This document shows, piece by piece, positions 1-11,965 of a stretch of DNA of 64,000 nucleotides. The DNA lies in assembly GCF_036321535.1 (NCBI RefSeq), contig NC_087437.1:67892001-67956000 (forward strand). The letters run 5' to 3'. The DNA comes from Camelus dromedarius. Taxonomy: Eukaryota. Both the position numbers and the translations under genes were made by a program. The notes below the pieces were generated by a model. That model did no database searches. It saw only the letters and a program-made list of their open reading frames with translations, and had not been told where the DNA came from. Every line of letters begins with the position of its first letter. Positions within the stretch are counted from its first letter, which is position 1.

Positions 1-229
1 AATTGAACAAAATGGAGACAAAGACACATAGCTTTATGTATACATCTATGGAATCACAGTATTTCTGTTCACAGACATGGGCAGATACCAATTTGTTACA
101 TTCTTTAGGCTCTATGCTTGTTTAACTGTTAGGTGTTTTATTTTAATGAAAAGCTTCCTTACATCTATACTTCTGATTTTTAGCCAGAATCATATAATCA
201 TATAGCCTAATATGATGTTAAGCTACTTC

Positions 230-232
<3 letters not shown>

Positions 233-263
<31 letters not shown>
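233..263 (+). repeat. A31 homopolymer
   Basis: Uninterrupted run of A read directly. Confidence 0.95.
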
Positions 264-264
<1 letters not shown>

Positions 265-287
265 GAATTATTAAAAATGGCTTTAAA

Positions 288-407
288 GGGGAGGGTATAG
301 CTCAGTGGTAGAGCACATGCTTAGCATGCACAAGGTCCTGGGTTCAATCCCCGGTCCATCCATTAAACAAATAAACCTAGTTACCACCCCCAAATTAATA
401 AAAACTT
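288..407 (+). mobile_element. tRNA-Ala-derived SINE, vic-1-like (camelid)
   Basis: GGGGAGGGTATAGCTCAGTGGTAGAGC head with A box, AGC anticodon loop (CTTAGCAT), B box GGTTCAATCCC, A-rich tail. Approximate TSD taaaaatggctttaa (~272-286) / taaaaaggctttaa (~408-421). Confidence 0.88.
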
Positions 408-1479
408 TAAAAAGGCTTTAAGGATATTCCATCATATCACTATTTTGTTGTAGCCCTAATTTCTCTGATTGGAGGTTCATTCTGTCACTACACAAAGCTT
501 TCAGTATTACTTACACTAAGGTGTGAGCGACCTGAAGTGGTCCTCCCCTTAGGCATAGTTACATCTCATGAGATGAAACACAACAGTGGTTAAACCAAAG
601 ATCTAGGCTGCTAGTGGCAGAATTCAGAGTCAACTGTTGATCAGTGGGGAAATACTTTTATAGCCGCAGCCCTTTCATGACATCAACTCTCACTCCTTAA
701 GCTTATTCTACCAACATATGAGTATAGTCCAGCCCATATAAAACAAGAGATAAAAAAGCACAGATTGATGCAAAAATGGATGGGATGTGATTTTAAGAAA
801 TTGTGAAAAATTGACCCAGTTTGTTCTCAGATCAAAAATTAGATGAATAGTCTTCCTAACTCATGGTTACTTTCTCTATGCCTCAACTGTCCTACCTCAG
901 TGATGACTCTCTACTTTCTAGGTAAAGTGTCCGTACAAGTTACATTTGCTGAACTCTATTAACTGTGTTATAGTTACTAAGCTATAGCAGACATGTATGA
1001 TGTCATCTGCTTTCCTCCAGTCCCAGGAAAGTAGTATATTCTGCATTAATGTTTTCCAGGTAGTTGAAGTTTAATTTTTAAATAAGAACTCTTCATTTTT
1101 AGCAATTCTTAATGTATATTTGTACAAATTAGCCTGTATATCCCCTGCATTCTTACACCACACCCGTTGTCATTCAACTTTTTAATGATTAATGACGCAG
1201 CCCATCAGTGTAAACAGGAACTGTACTCTGAGATACTGTACTAAAAGCCTTCAGGTCTTACTAGATTATTGAAGCCTGATTGTCCCTACTCTGATTGCTT
1301 CATAAGTTGTCACTTGTGTTTGGTGGTTTTCTGCCTCTTTCCTCCATGTTCCTACTGCTTGATAGTCTCGTTGTAAGTAAAATATATGCACTTTGGTACA
1401 TGGGAATTAAAACCTTTGGACATTCTTAGACCTATTTTTGTAGCTTAGTTTCCTATTCTGGGCCTAGTTTTGAATAGGT

Positions 1480-1900
1480 CATGCTTTAAGTTGTGTTTCT
1501 CCTGAAATGGACTCCAAACAAGATTTGATTGCAGGTAGTTTACTTGGGAAATAATCTCAAGAAAAAATGGGTAATAGAATGTGTGGCCAAGCATGCAGGG
1601 AAGCCAGTCGAGAGTGTGTCATGTACTAGGGTCAGCCTCACCGGGGAGTGTGGGAACAAGTCTCAGGCTTCCCACCTAAAGGCATGGAAGCTGGGAATTT
1701 GTCCTCCCACTTCCATCTGTCATTAGTTGGGTGCTCTTCCTAGGGACATTAATTTCCAGGGCTTCTAGTCTGCCCTGTGAATGCCAAGACAAAGCTCTCC
1801 AGTGAAGAGTCACATGGACTTGCAGTAGAACATGGTCAGTATTTTCTGAAACGGACTATCCCAAATGAATTTGGGCAGTTCATCAACAGCATCTGCTATC
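1480..1900 (-). mobile_element. MaLR LTR remnant (MLT1K/L-like)
   Basis: Resembles recalled MLT1 consensus: gcaggtagtttacttggga, ctgggaatttgtcctcccac, terminal caacagcatctgcta. Confidence 0.7.
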
Positions 1901-3224
1901 AGTAGGTTACCATTAAAGAACCTTTGACTATGTGAGGGGCCGCTGTATTTAATAGTTCCTTTTTGAATTCTAGTACAATCAATGACTAGATATTACTTTT
2001 AAGTTGTCAGAACTACCTCTGATTCTGACATATGCTAGAGCCATAATAGCCACTTTATTAATTGGGTTTCAGTTTAAATTTTCTTCTATCGTCTTAATAC
2101 ATTTCTGCTTTCATTGGTGGATGTATTGGGTCAATAGCATGGTAAACCTGATTTGTTTATTTAAAGTACTCAACCTAGGTTAGCTGGTTCTCAACATGGT
2201 GCCCCATTTGTGAAAGGTCTTGCTTACATCCAACAGGTGAATTGCGCACGCTCTGTAATATTCTCACGACAACATCTGGGATGTCATTTTGCGTGGTCTC
2301 TGCTTGCGAAGCATCCTGTGACTTTTTGTTTGGTTGTCCTCTGTCCCATTGTGATTACATGTGGCAGTTTTCCGCTAAGCCTCTCTGTCCTGTACCCTCC
2401 AAGTACATATTGTGTGTCTTATGCAGACAGACTACCTTTTTTTCATACACAGGCAACAGATGTGATTAGAGGGAAATCTAATTTATCTGGAGTACTCCAG
2501 AAATGGAAGGAAATTACTTCACAGCAATATTTGCAAATGCATTCATCACAAACACTCAGACATCCCAACACCAGCAGATGATGGCTTTGTGATCTCTATG
2601 TGGTCTGTTTTTGAACTGCTTTCTAATGATCTACATAAATTCACTCCTTTTTATGCTTCTACATTGTGCTTGAAGTATAACACAAATATCTTGGACAAGG
2701 GGAGGTTAGTGTGGTGTGGACAGATTTTTATTCTCTGAGTTTCTGTCTTCCTATGTATAGCAGAGACCTATGGATTACTTGTTAGATTTGTCTAAATAGA
2801 CTGTGCTTGGGTAAGATATGAAAAAATAATCCTTTGTCTCTCTTACTAGGAAGTAGTTTTAGATCTCACATCCCCTTGATTTTATCTCTTGGCACATTTA
2901 TTTAGAATCCAAGACATAATTGATTGCCTATTGTATTAGGCATGTATTTGTATTCTCTAGATACTCAGTCACCACATACTCATCTTGTTTGCTACATGTG
3001 TGTCCTCGTATGGTTAGGCAAGAGAATACAAGGGGGGAAATGACAGAATGTGGCCCAGAGTCTTAGGACGTCATATAGGTACCTTTTAGGGATGGGTAGA
3101 AGAGAAAGTTGTTGGACTTAAAGTGCAAAATGGAATCGTGCAATCAGTGCTAAAAGAACTTGTCTTGAAAGGAGCAGCTACCTTCTGGTCCAGGTGCTGA
3201 GTCAGCAATGTGAAAATGATACTG

Positions 3225-3330
3225 GCCTGTTGGTTTTAGGTACAGGTGTGCCTTTCTCTCTGAGACATTAGGCAAACCCCTCCGAGGCTCAGTGTCCTCA
3301 TCTGTAAGAAGAAACATTTAGATTAGTTTC
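3225..3330 (+). mobile_element. MIR fragment
   Basis: Core-like ggcaaacccctccgaggctcagtgtcctcatctgtaa. Confidence 0.55.
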
Positions 3331-6300
3331 TGCTGGGTCTGTACTAACATGAGTCTACCTGGTTTTTAAATGCAAGTGTATTTATATTTTGCTTTTCTTT
3401 AATTCATGGTTTTTTCTTCCCCCATCTCATTTCTTTCTCAGCCACAAGAAGGCACAGTTTAGTAACATTTGTTATAGACTGACTTTTCTTAACTGTGCCT
3501 AATTAATAAGAGACTGTATAAACAGATATAATGCACCAGAAAGAAGAAATATACCTGTGTTGCAGGAATAATATAATTATACATATCACAAAAAAAAGAA
3601 AACTAAATCAGAGTACAAAGAACATATTACTATTTATAAACAGGAAATAAATGTCACTGATAGAGATCCATTTGTATGCATCAGAATATAACCTGGCACT
3701 ATGTATTTTATTTCTGCTTTTTGCCTTTCATACAGAACTTTCCCGGAATGTTGTAGAAATTGGAAATAAATGAATGCCCATAAAAATAGTATCTCCAGGC
3801 AATTGTAATATCTGATAAAAAGTATCTACAGGTTGTGAATTTTAACCACAGTTGACTTCTGAAAATGCTTGTAAGAGGCACCTATATTTTATGTACACAG
3901 TGGTTTAGGGACTGAGTGGATAGATGCTGTCTGTTTACATTTAGTTAATACATAATAGATTTAGTTGTCAGTTTTATTTTGGATAAGATGGAGCAGATCC
4001 AGTTTTGCTGTGTGTACTTAACAGTTTGGGAAACTAGCCTTGGGGAAGGAGCAAGAGAAGCAAAAGAGGAGAATACTAAATGGACAGAGAAGAATTCCTG
4101 TGATCTTGGATTTCCTAATAACAGCAGCCAATATCAGTGTGTTTCCTATCTCTTCAAATCTGTGTTCTTTAAAACCTGTTTAAAAGCCAAAATATGTGGG
4201 TATGTATATATCGAAAACAAAATTGGGATGTGAATGTAAGAAACAACCTAAGTGAACAGATAAAAAGCCTGTAAAAACAATACCATTGTTACTTTTTACA
4301 AAAGAAGTCTGTCTTAGCTTTGCTTTCACAGTCCTGGATATTGAATCCAGCCAGACTAATAGAACATGCAGACACTAGGCAATCTGTTAAATATTTATTT
4401 ACTAAAAACATAATTTTTCAGAGTGCAGTCAGGGAAGACAAAACTGTGCGTTAAATATGAGCTCCCTGTCCAAAGAAGAATATACACCACCACATTTAGC
4501 AGGGCTCCCCCGGGCTGCAGACGAGGAGCCTGGACCTTGCTTACATGCAGTTATTAACACTCCCAATAAATCCTCAGGATCCTGGTCCCCTTGATATATG
4601 TCATGGCAGAAATAGCTTAGTACACGAAGTGACAAGAAATGCTGCTCTTGTCAGTGGCAGAGATACTGCCGTCCACATTAAATCAGGGGCAGATGGAGAC
4701 ACCGAGAGCTCTGAGTTCATAATGCTGGGACTTCATGTCTACCGCCGTTTCAACTCTATCTTAGACACATGTTTCCCACCAAGGCTTTGACAGAGGATGC
4801 TGCCCTGAGATCAGGGTTGCCAAGTGATCTTATGCCAGACTGGGCATCTGGAAACTATTTGTTTTGTTTTGTTTATGTAAACTTTGGGCACACTTCCATG
4901 ACCTGAGTAAATCGTGTCAACTTTCTTCTCTTGCAGTTTTATCTTTGGGGTGACAAAGAATACAGTCTTGACTCTGTTCTAGGGGAGTACTAGGAAAATT
5001 ATACAACCACATTCTTTCCCAGTCTCTAGAGACTGAAGGTTCATTTGTCAGAGGGAAAATAATCACCTTCAATATTGCTTTTCTTTGCACTGGGCTTATT
5101 TTTAACCCAAACATAGACTCAGTGAGCTCTTGAGAGAGGACTTTGGCCAGGACACTTCAGGACCTATTCTCCATCGGGTGTGAATGATAACCTCATGCAT
5201 TGAAAGAAAGTTGTAGGGGCTTTGAACATGGAAAGGAGGAGAGACGATCAACTGGTTGTGACAGTCACCTACTGTGTCTCCAGCAACAAGGAGTGTGTGT
5301 TCAATTTGGAGACAGTTAATTTTCTTTTCTTTATCTCATCCCTTTAAATGTCCAGCCAAGGTGAAAGCCACAACTCAGCTGGTAAGAATTCTCCCCAGAA
5401 CAGAGTGCGGTGGCTGAAGGGGAAGAGGACAAGGAGAAGCTGTGGGAAAGCAGAGCACGATGTAGTTCACTTAGTTTTCCCCTGCTAGAGAGATGGGAAC
5501 TGCCACTGGACGGTTATCAACCACGTGCTGAGTGCTGAGCAGAACCTATGATTTGCAATCAAAATCAGACCTCTCAGACAACATGCTGTTCTCCAATGTC
5601 CAAGGCAAGGGTTTCAGTTATTTTTTTGAAGCTAAATCTGCAAATGTCATGGAGACAGACTCCTTGGATGAGAACTGTGGGACTTCCCACTTGAGGCTGT
5701 GCAGAAAACAGTATGAGAATGACCTTTACGTGCTTGCCTGGCCCTGGCCCTTCTGGTCTTTCCAGGGTTACGCACAGGCTCACGCTTCTGCAGACAGAAA
5801 AAGAAAAAAATAAGGAGGTGGAAATTAGGATGAGGGTTTTCAAAAGCAAGGGACAGTGTATAGGTAACCTCTGAGGGGGACCTGATCTAAAGGCATGAGA
5901 CAGACAAAGGGGAAGAAACAAAAGACCTTGGACCTGAAGGCACAACCAAGGTGCAGCCTGGGTGCTGTTGCGGGATGTGTCCGGACGGCTTCTGTAAGCA
6001 GACACTGAGCGTGACGGAGACTGCGCTCCATTCGTTTTTTCACAGCTCCGTTAGGGAGGATACCTTTTCCTGTTCTTCATCACTACCCTTTTTATTTTTT
6101 ATTTAAATTTTATGCCAGTCAGGTATGAAAGCCCAAGGTGGTTTGGTACTAACTTAAGTGCTTTTGATTTATTGTCTGAAGCCAGCTTTTCAAGTTCTGG
6201 AGGCCCTTGCTCTCTCCCCACCATTTACTATTTGGAATAGTAAGCTTGCTGTTTTGTAGATTAGGTGTGTTGTTTTTGTTTTTTTTTTCTCCTCCTAGTT

Positions 6301-7149
6301 CCAGATGAACGACTTTGACCTCTTCTCTGCATTGCCAGAGAATTGGAAAATATAACCCAAAATGAAATGGAAAAAAGCACAGGGTATTGGAAATAAAAGC
6401 TGATGAGAGGGAAAGTATAGCGTGGCGTTTTGTAGAGGGAAATCTGTATAAGGACAGGACACCACAACGGGCTTGGGGGCAAACTGAAAGCACGGATAGT
6501 CTGTGGTTAAGGACGTGTGATAGTGGTGCAGTCCAGTTTGAAGCCAGTTGGAAACTCATGCATTCAAGGTTGACCCTTTATATTTTTTACTGTTTTTAAA
6601 CATTTTAATGTAGGTTCTTAAAATGTGATGTTGCTATTTTAAAACTTCTGAGGTTTATTATTATAAGCATTGTAGGCAATTAGTTGCTGATGATGCTACT
6701 TTACAAAGTACCACCTTTACGACCACCCTGGCGGGTAAGTTCTCTCAGTCTTCATAACTATGGAAAAAGAGGTTTGTTCTTCTCTTGTGGGCACCATGAA
6801 ACTGAAAACTAACCGCATTATCCCATTGACTTGGTTTTCTTGGGAGCTCAGAGCCAAATGAACTGCACAGTTGAAACAGTTACAGAAATATATGCATACC
6901 ACCCTTTGTTTTCTTTCAGTACTCCTTTTTTGTTGTATTTGATCTATTTATCTATGTGTATTTTTGAACCCTGATTCAAAACTTTTTAGATGAAGCTTAT
7001 ATGAGTAAAGTTACATGATGAGATATCAAGCTTGTTTGTCTGGAATGAGAAGGATACTTGTGAAAAGTTAAACTCAAGCCCTGATCTGGATATGTAGTAT
7101 TACTTGCCCAACACATTACGTATTTTTGTCACTCTATACGTTAACAGAT

Positions 7150-7380
7150 GACCTTTCTTGAGCTCGCTCTGGGCACGATGTATCACCAAGCACTTCACGT
7201 TGCTGAGACCTTTATTTTTATAATTACGTTTAAGCTTTATTACAATCCTATGTGTTAGGCATTTACAGACAAAACTAATTTTGGGGGTTAGTGTTTTATC
7301 CAAAGTCAAAAAATGTAGTAAGTGGTGGAGCCAAGTTTCCAACCAGGGCAACTCTTCCCCCAGAGCACATTCTGTTAACT
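7150..7380 (-). mobile_element. MIR
   Basis: Reverse-orientation MIR motifs: tatccaaagtca...agtaagtggtggagccaagtttccaaccagg. Confidence 0.65.
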
Positions 7381-7384
7381 TGGG

Positions 7385-7580
7385 GGATAGGAGGTCTGAG
7401 TTCAAATCACTGTTCCATCATTTACTACAAATATGACCCTGAACAGATGACTTAATCATTCTTACCTTCTGTTTCTCCAGTCCTCAAAATGGGAATAAAC
7501 ATAGTACTTAAATCATATTTAAAATGCTTAATATAGTGTTTGTCACTTAGTGCTCAATAAATCAATAAATATTAGTATTG
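7385..7580 (+). mobile_element. MIR
   Basis: ctgagttcaaatc...tgacttaatc...aaaatgggaataa...gtgctcaataaat. Head-to-head with the preceding copy. Confidence 0.75.
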
Positions 7581-8824
7581 TTATCATATTTAAAGAGTAT
7601 GTCCATATTATACATAATTAAAATTCTTTTCTCACCAGTAGAGACATTTCTTCAATATTCAATTAATCACGTCTTACAACGCCCTGCACATATGCCCCAA
7701 CAGTGACTGTTCCCAGGAGAGCTGGTGTTGGAATGCACATGCCGACATTTCAGATGTCAGGTACTGCAAGGTCACTGTGTCCCAGGAGGAGGCCAGCTGC
7801 CAAGAGACCTTGCAGGGTAGCATTTCAGGGTGAATTCATCACAGCTGGAGTCCAGACCTCAGCAATGCAGGTCCCTGCATTTGGTCTGGTAACGCCCTGA
7901 GCTGATTATTCAGAGGGATGACTTATACCAACTCTCAAAAGACAAGCATTAAAAAAAAAAGCCACTGTATTAATTTGCAATGAAAAATATTATGGTTAAC
8001 TGGACTAGACATTTGCATCAGTCTGACCAGTGAATTCCTGCCCTGTAGGCAAGCTACATAGGGAGCCACATTAACAGAAGTTTGCTTGGTGAGCAGGATG
8101 CTTGTTTCAAATGCTTAGTCTCATCAGGCTCCAATGGCAGCATGCATCCATCTCCATCTACCTGCCGGAAAGAACAGTCATTCCGAGCAGCTTGACAATG
8201 CCAGGATATTTCTTCCCTGGGCAGGAGCGGAATATGTCTTTGAGACTTTCCTTTGACTGTAGTACCCTCGCTGACCTATCTCCGCTTCAGCTCATCATTT
8301 TCTTTGAGATATGTTAATTCTCACAGGAAGGTTGCTGTGGTCCAGAAGCCATTTTGCCTCCTAATGGTAACATTTGCTTGCTTACAGTTTAGTTTTATTT
8401 TAGGTGGCATCTTTATTGCTGGTCATTCCAGATTCTCACAGGCACTTCAGATAACACGTACACAGTGCAATTCTGGCCAGTGTCACCACAACCTCTTTTT
8501 GCCTCAAGTGATCTTGCTTTTCTCATCACCCACGTATATTTCTAACTGAATGGACCTGTTCTCTCTGCTATAACCCACCCAGAGCCTGGCTTTAGCTGTT
8601 GTAACTGTCAGTGTTACTAAAATGTTGCCCTGCAGGTTGTTGCTAGCCTCTTTAAATGTATTTAGAACAAAATGGATTGTTATTATGTCCTATAAGGACT
8701 TGATATTTTAACAATAATGATAACAATTTGCAAGTATCAAGTTAATTCTGGTTATCTCACTGATCATCTCACTGTTAATAAGAGCCGAGCACTGTGTTTG
8801 ACCCTCCTTGTGCTTTGTATTATT

Positions 8825-9310
8825 TCTAGAATAGAACCAAATGTCCTGCATGGCCAAGGAGACCCTCAAGATCTTGGCCCTGGCTGACTCTCAGAATTAA
8901 CTTTCTCCCTTCATCTTCCTCTCACATGGTTCTCCAGACTCCTTGATGGTTCTAGAGTAAGCCAAGTGGACAGCCACCTTAGACCCTTTGCCCTTGCTGT
9001 TCCTCTGCCTCGAGTGATTTCCATTAAACATCTGCATCTGGTTCATTCTTCCTTGTATTCAGTTCCATTCAAAATGAACTCCTCAGAGAAGTCTTCTGAC
9101 TGCCCTATCTAGGTTAGCACCCCTTACGCTCTGTTCCCTTATCCTGCTTTATTCTTCTTTGCAGTCATCACTTCCACATATATTTGTCTTTCTGAACAAG
9201 CATATTGCATGAGGGAGAGACTCCTTTGTCTTGCTTGCTGCTGTATCATTAGAGCCTAAATTAATAACTGGCACACAGTGGGTGTTGAGGGGATAATTTG
9301 AATAAAATAA
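8825..9310 (+). mobile_element. L2 3' end
   Basis: ctttgcccttgctgttcctctgcct, cctcagagaagtcttctgact, ctggcacacagtgggtg tail. Confidence 0.8.
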
Positions 9311-10560
9311 TAAACTTGATATTCACATTTTGGTCATCATTGCATTTTGTGATCCATTGTCTTGTGCCACCCATCCAAGCTTGCCTAGAATGAGGTACTG
9401 ACTATGTCATTTCTCTGATGTTTTATGACCATATCAAACAAAGCCAGAAGACTGGTCAGAACTGACTGGCAGCTCACCCAAGGGTGGGCATCCAGATCTT
9501 CCTCACTGTCAAGAAGTTTCTATGAGTTCGTACTTAATTCTGCCTATCCCATTTCTTTTGCAACCTTGCTTATCTTCATATTTTATGAGCATTACACCAT
9601 CCTTCAGTCAGGTCTCTGCATTTGTTCCCATGAATAGTAAGAGCGTGAGGAGGCACTTCAGGTAGTCAGGAAGCAATGACTGTCTTCACATCTGTCGGTT
9701 CTCCAGCAGCTGAAACCCTACTCTTCCCTTCAGATCGTCGTGCCCCCGCCTCCCTCACCACCCCTCTTACCCACTTACCCTGTGAGTGAGAAACTGTGGC
9801 ATTTGCTGTCATCTGGCTTTAGGAGGACTTTGTATAATGTCCCATTAAGGGCCATACTGTACACAGGTGGGACTATAAAGTGATACTGTCTTTTTAAAAC
9901 CAATTCTCATTTTTGTACTATTTTCTACTCTCCCCACCTCCACCTTATACTCAGTCATGTTATTGTGGAGATAGTTAACTAGAAATCCAGAGACTTCCAT
10001 TTCTCATTTTCCTTCTCTATCCAGGGCAAGTTAGAGATTTTTTAAACTATCAACATATACAAGATACATTTGTTAATATTTTGGGAGAATATTTTTGGGA
10101 GAATCTAGTTCAATTTGGTTATAAGGGGGAGAATTAATTCTGAGTCCCTCTGGGGAATTTGTTGTCCTGTTAAAACTCCAACAGATCAGTTCACAGATCC
10201 TTAACTCAGGATGCTTTCATTCTTCAGATCTGTCTGTACTGAGTGGCGTGACATTTTGCTAGACAACAGGCACTAAAAGATACACTCATCCTTCAGAGTC
10301 ACTCATCCCAGGAATACCCAAGGTGGGCCCCTGGGAGGTTTTTGAGCAGGTTCACAGATGCTGCTTAGGCTAGTACACAGCATTGTATGCAAAGAGGAGC
10401 TGTTTAAAAGCCTTAAAAATGCCATGAACTGAGAAAGAAATAAACTTTTTTTTTTTTAAATTATGTTTGTAAAGGCACTGGGACCTAAGGCAGATACAAA
10501 TTCCAAGTTTATTCTGTAATTCTGTAGCCCTGTGTATTTAAAAATGTGCCTATTGGACTT

Positions 10561-10591
10561 TGTGTGTGTGTGTGTGTGTGTGTGCGCGCAC
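10561..10591. repeat. (TG)12 followed by CGCGCAC
   Basis: 31 nt of uninterrupted purine-pyrimidine alternation, read directly. Confidence 0.95.
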
Positions 10592-11744
10592 TTGGTATTT
10601 ATAAATGAACAAAAAATGAATCTGTGGCTTTGTTATGTAATACCTGAGTAAGCTGCTAAACAACTCTTTGCTTTGTGACTGTAGCTCCTGTCTTTACTGT
10701 TACTGTTTGGTCTCTTTACTTGGATTGCAGGCTATACTTACAGGAAAAGACACATTCTCTCTGGGATTGATTTAAACAAACCATTCTGTATGTGCTGCTA
10801 CAGCTTCCCAACATTTCAGGGCGATGCGACGTTATTGAAGTTGTGTTTTAATATGTCACTCTACTGCTTCTTTCCTCTGACCCTGTCTATACTCAATCTG
10901 CCATGCAGCTGCCATCCATTCTCTGTGCTTGTCCAGGTGCATGGAGCTGTGTTGTAGCAGGAATCACTTCTGTGCCGGTAGACTTTCTAAGACTTTATTG
11001 CTGATGATCTTGTCTTGCCTTCCTACGTGACGTCTGGGGTGATCTAAGTTGGCTTTTCGGATGGTAGAAGGTGACTACATGTATGGTATGATTTGAAGAT
11101 GACAGTAAACCTTTTCTATCCCTAAATCATTTCTATTCAAGTATCAATGTGCCTGAGAATTGATTTCTAGAGGCATTCCTTTTCATGTCAACCTTGCTCA
11201 CTCTCCCCTCAGAAAGGGTGGAATATTAATGCACTAATGTATTAGAGTGAGTGGTGCTATTAGCATCATTTGGAAAGATCTGTGCCTCAGTTCTGGGATC
11301 TAAACAGGTCAGTTAATAATGGGGAACCATTTTCCTCTTACTGATATTAGGTGGCAGAAATTTGCCTTATTAGGCTAGAATTAGTAAATCAAATAAGAAC
11401 CCCTGGAAGATGGCAGCAAGACTTGCAAGATTCACCATATTTTTTTTTTCCATTTAAGCAGATGAGTTCATATGAAGGACAGAACACTAGCTGTCCTGGG
11501 ACAATGACGTATGAATTTTGCACATATTGAAGAGGTCATGAGTACTGTTCCAGGTTCTCTCTTTGATGTTTTCAGACAAGGTGAAGGATGGAACAGTTAG
11601 TCTTTGTATGTTTTCTCAATGTGTAGAATCCTGGGGAAATGAGAGAATTTAGAACATGCCCCTATTCTCATCATTATCAAGAAGTGAAATATTGATAGTA
11701 TGTTGTCCAGAGTCGACTGTAGGTACCCAGGTAATCAAAATAAG

Positions 11745-11965
11745 AACTAACGTTTATTGAGCAGTCCCTTTATGCCAACAGGTTCGTTACATATATGATT
11801 TCATAATATTCCCAATAGCCTTACAGGATCAGTAATACTATCATCCAGATTTTATTCAGTTTAGTGACATGAAGGAATTTGCCCAAAGTTTTACGTTTAA
11901 TGGTTGATGGACCAGAGACATGAATTCAAATCTGTCTAATTCCGAATCATGTGTTTTCAAAGATT
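11745..11965 (-). mobile_element. MIR
   Basis: taacgtttattgagc...aatttgcccaaagt...attcaaatctgtctaattcc. Confidence 0.7.

Noticed and set aside
288..362. Functional tRNA-Ala gene
   Set aside because: The acceptor stem is broken, and an A-rich tail and TSD are present, so it is a SINE.
900..952. Box C/D snoRNA (GTGATGA...CTGA)
   Set aside because: Too short (~53 nt), with no convincing terminal stem or recognisable guide.
2486..2501. Perfect 16-bp palindrome TCTGGAGTACTCCAGA
   Set aside because: About one is expected by chance in 64 kb (64000/4^8).
2761..2810. 50-nt exon candidate ending TGG|GTAAGA, and a similar 26-nt candidate at 5356-5381
   Set aside because: Moderate splice signals with no other support. 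Such pairs arise often by chance.
6400..6416. Hammerhead-like core CTGATGA...GAAA
   Set aside because: Only 4 nt lie between the motifs, so stem II cannot form.
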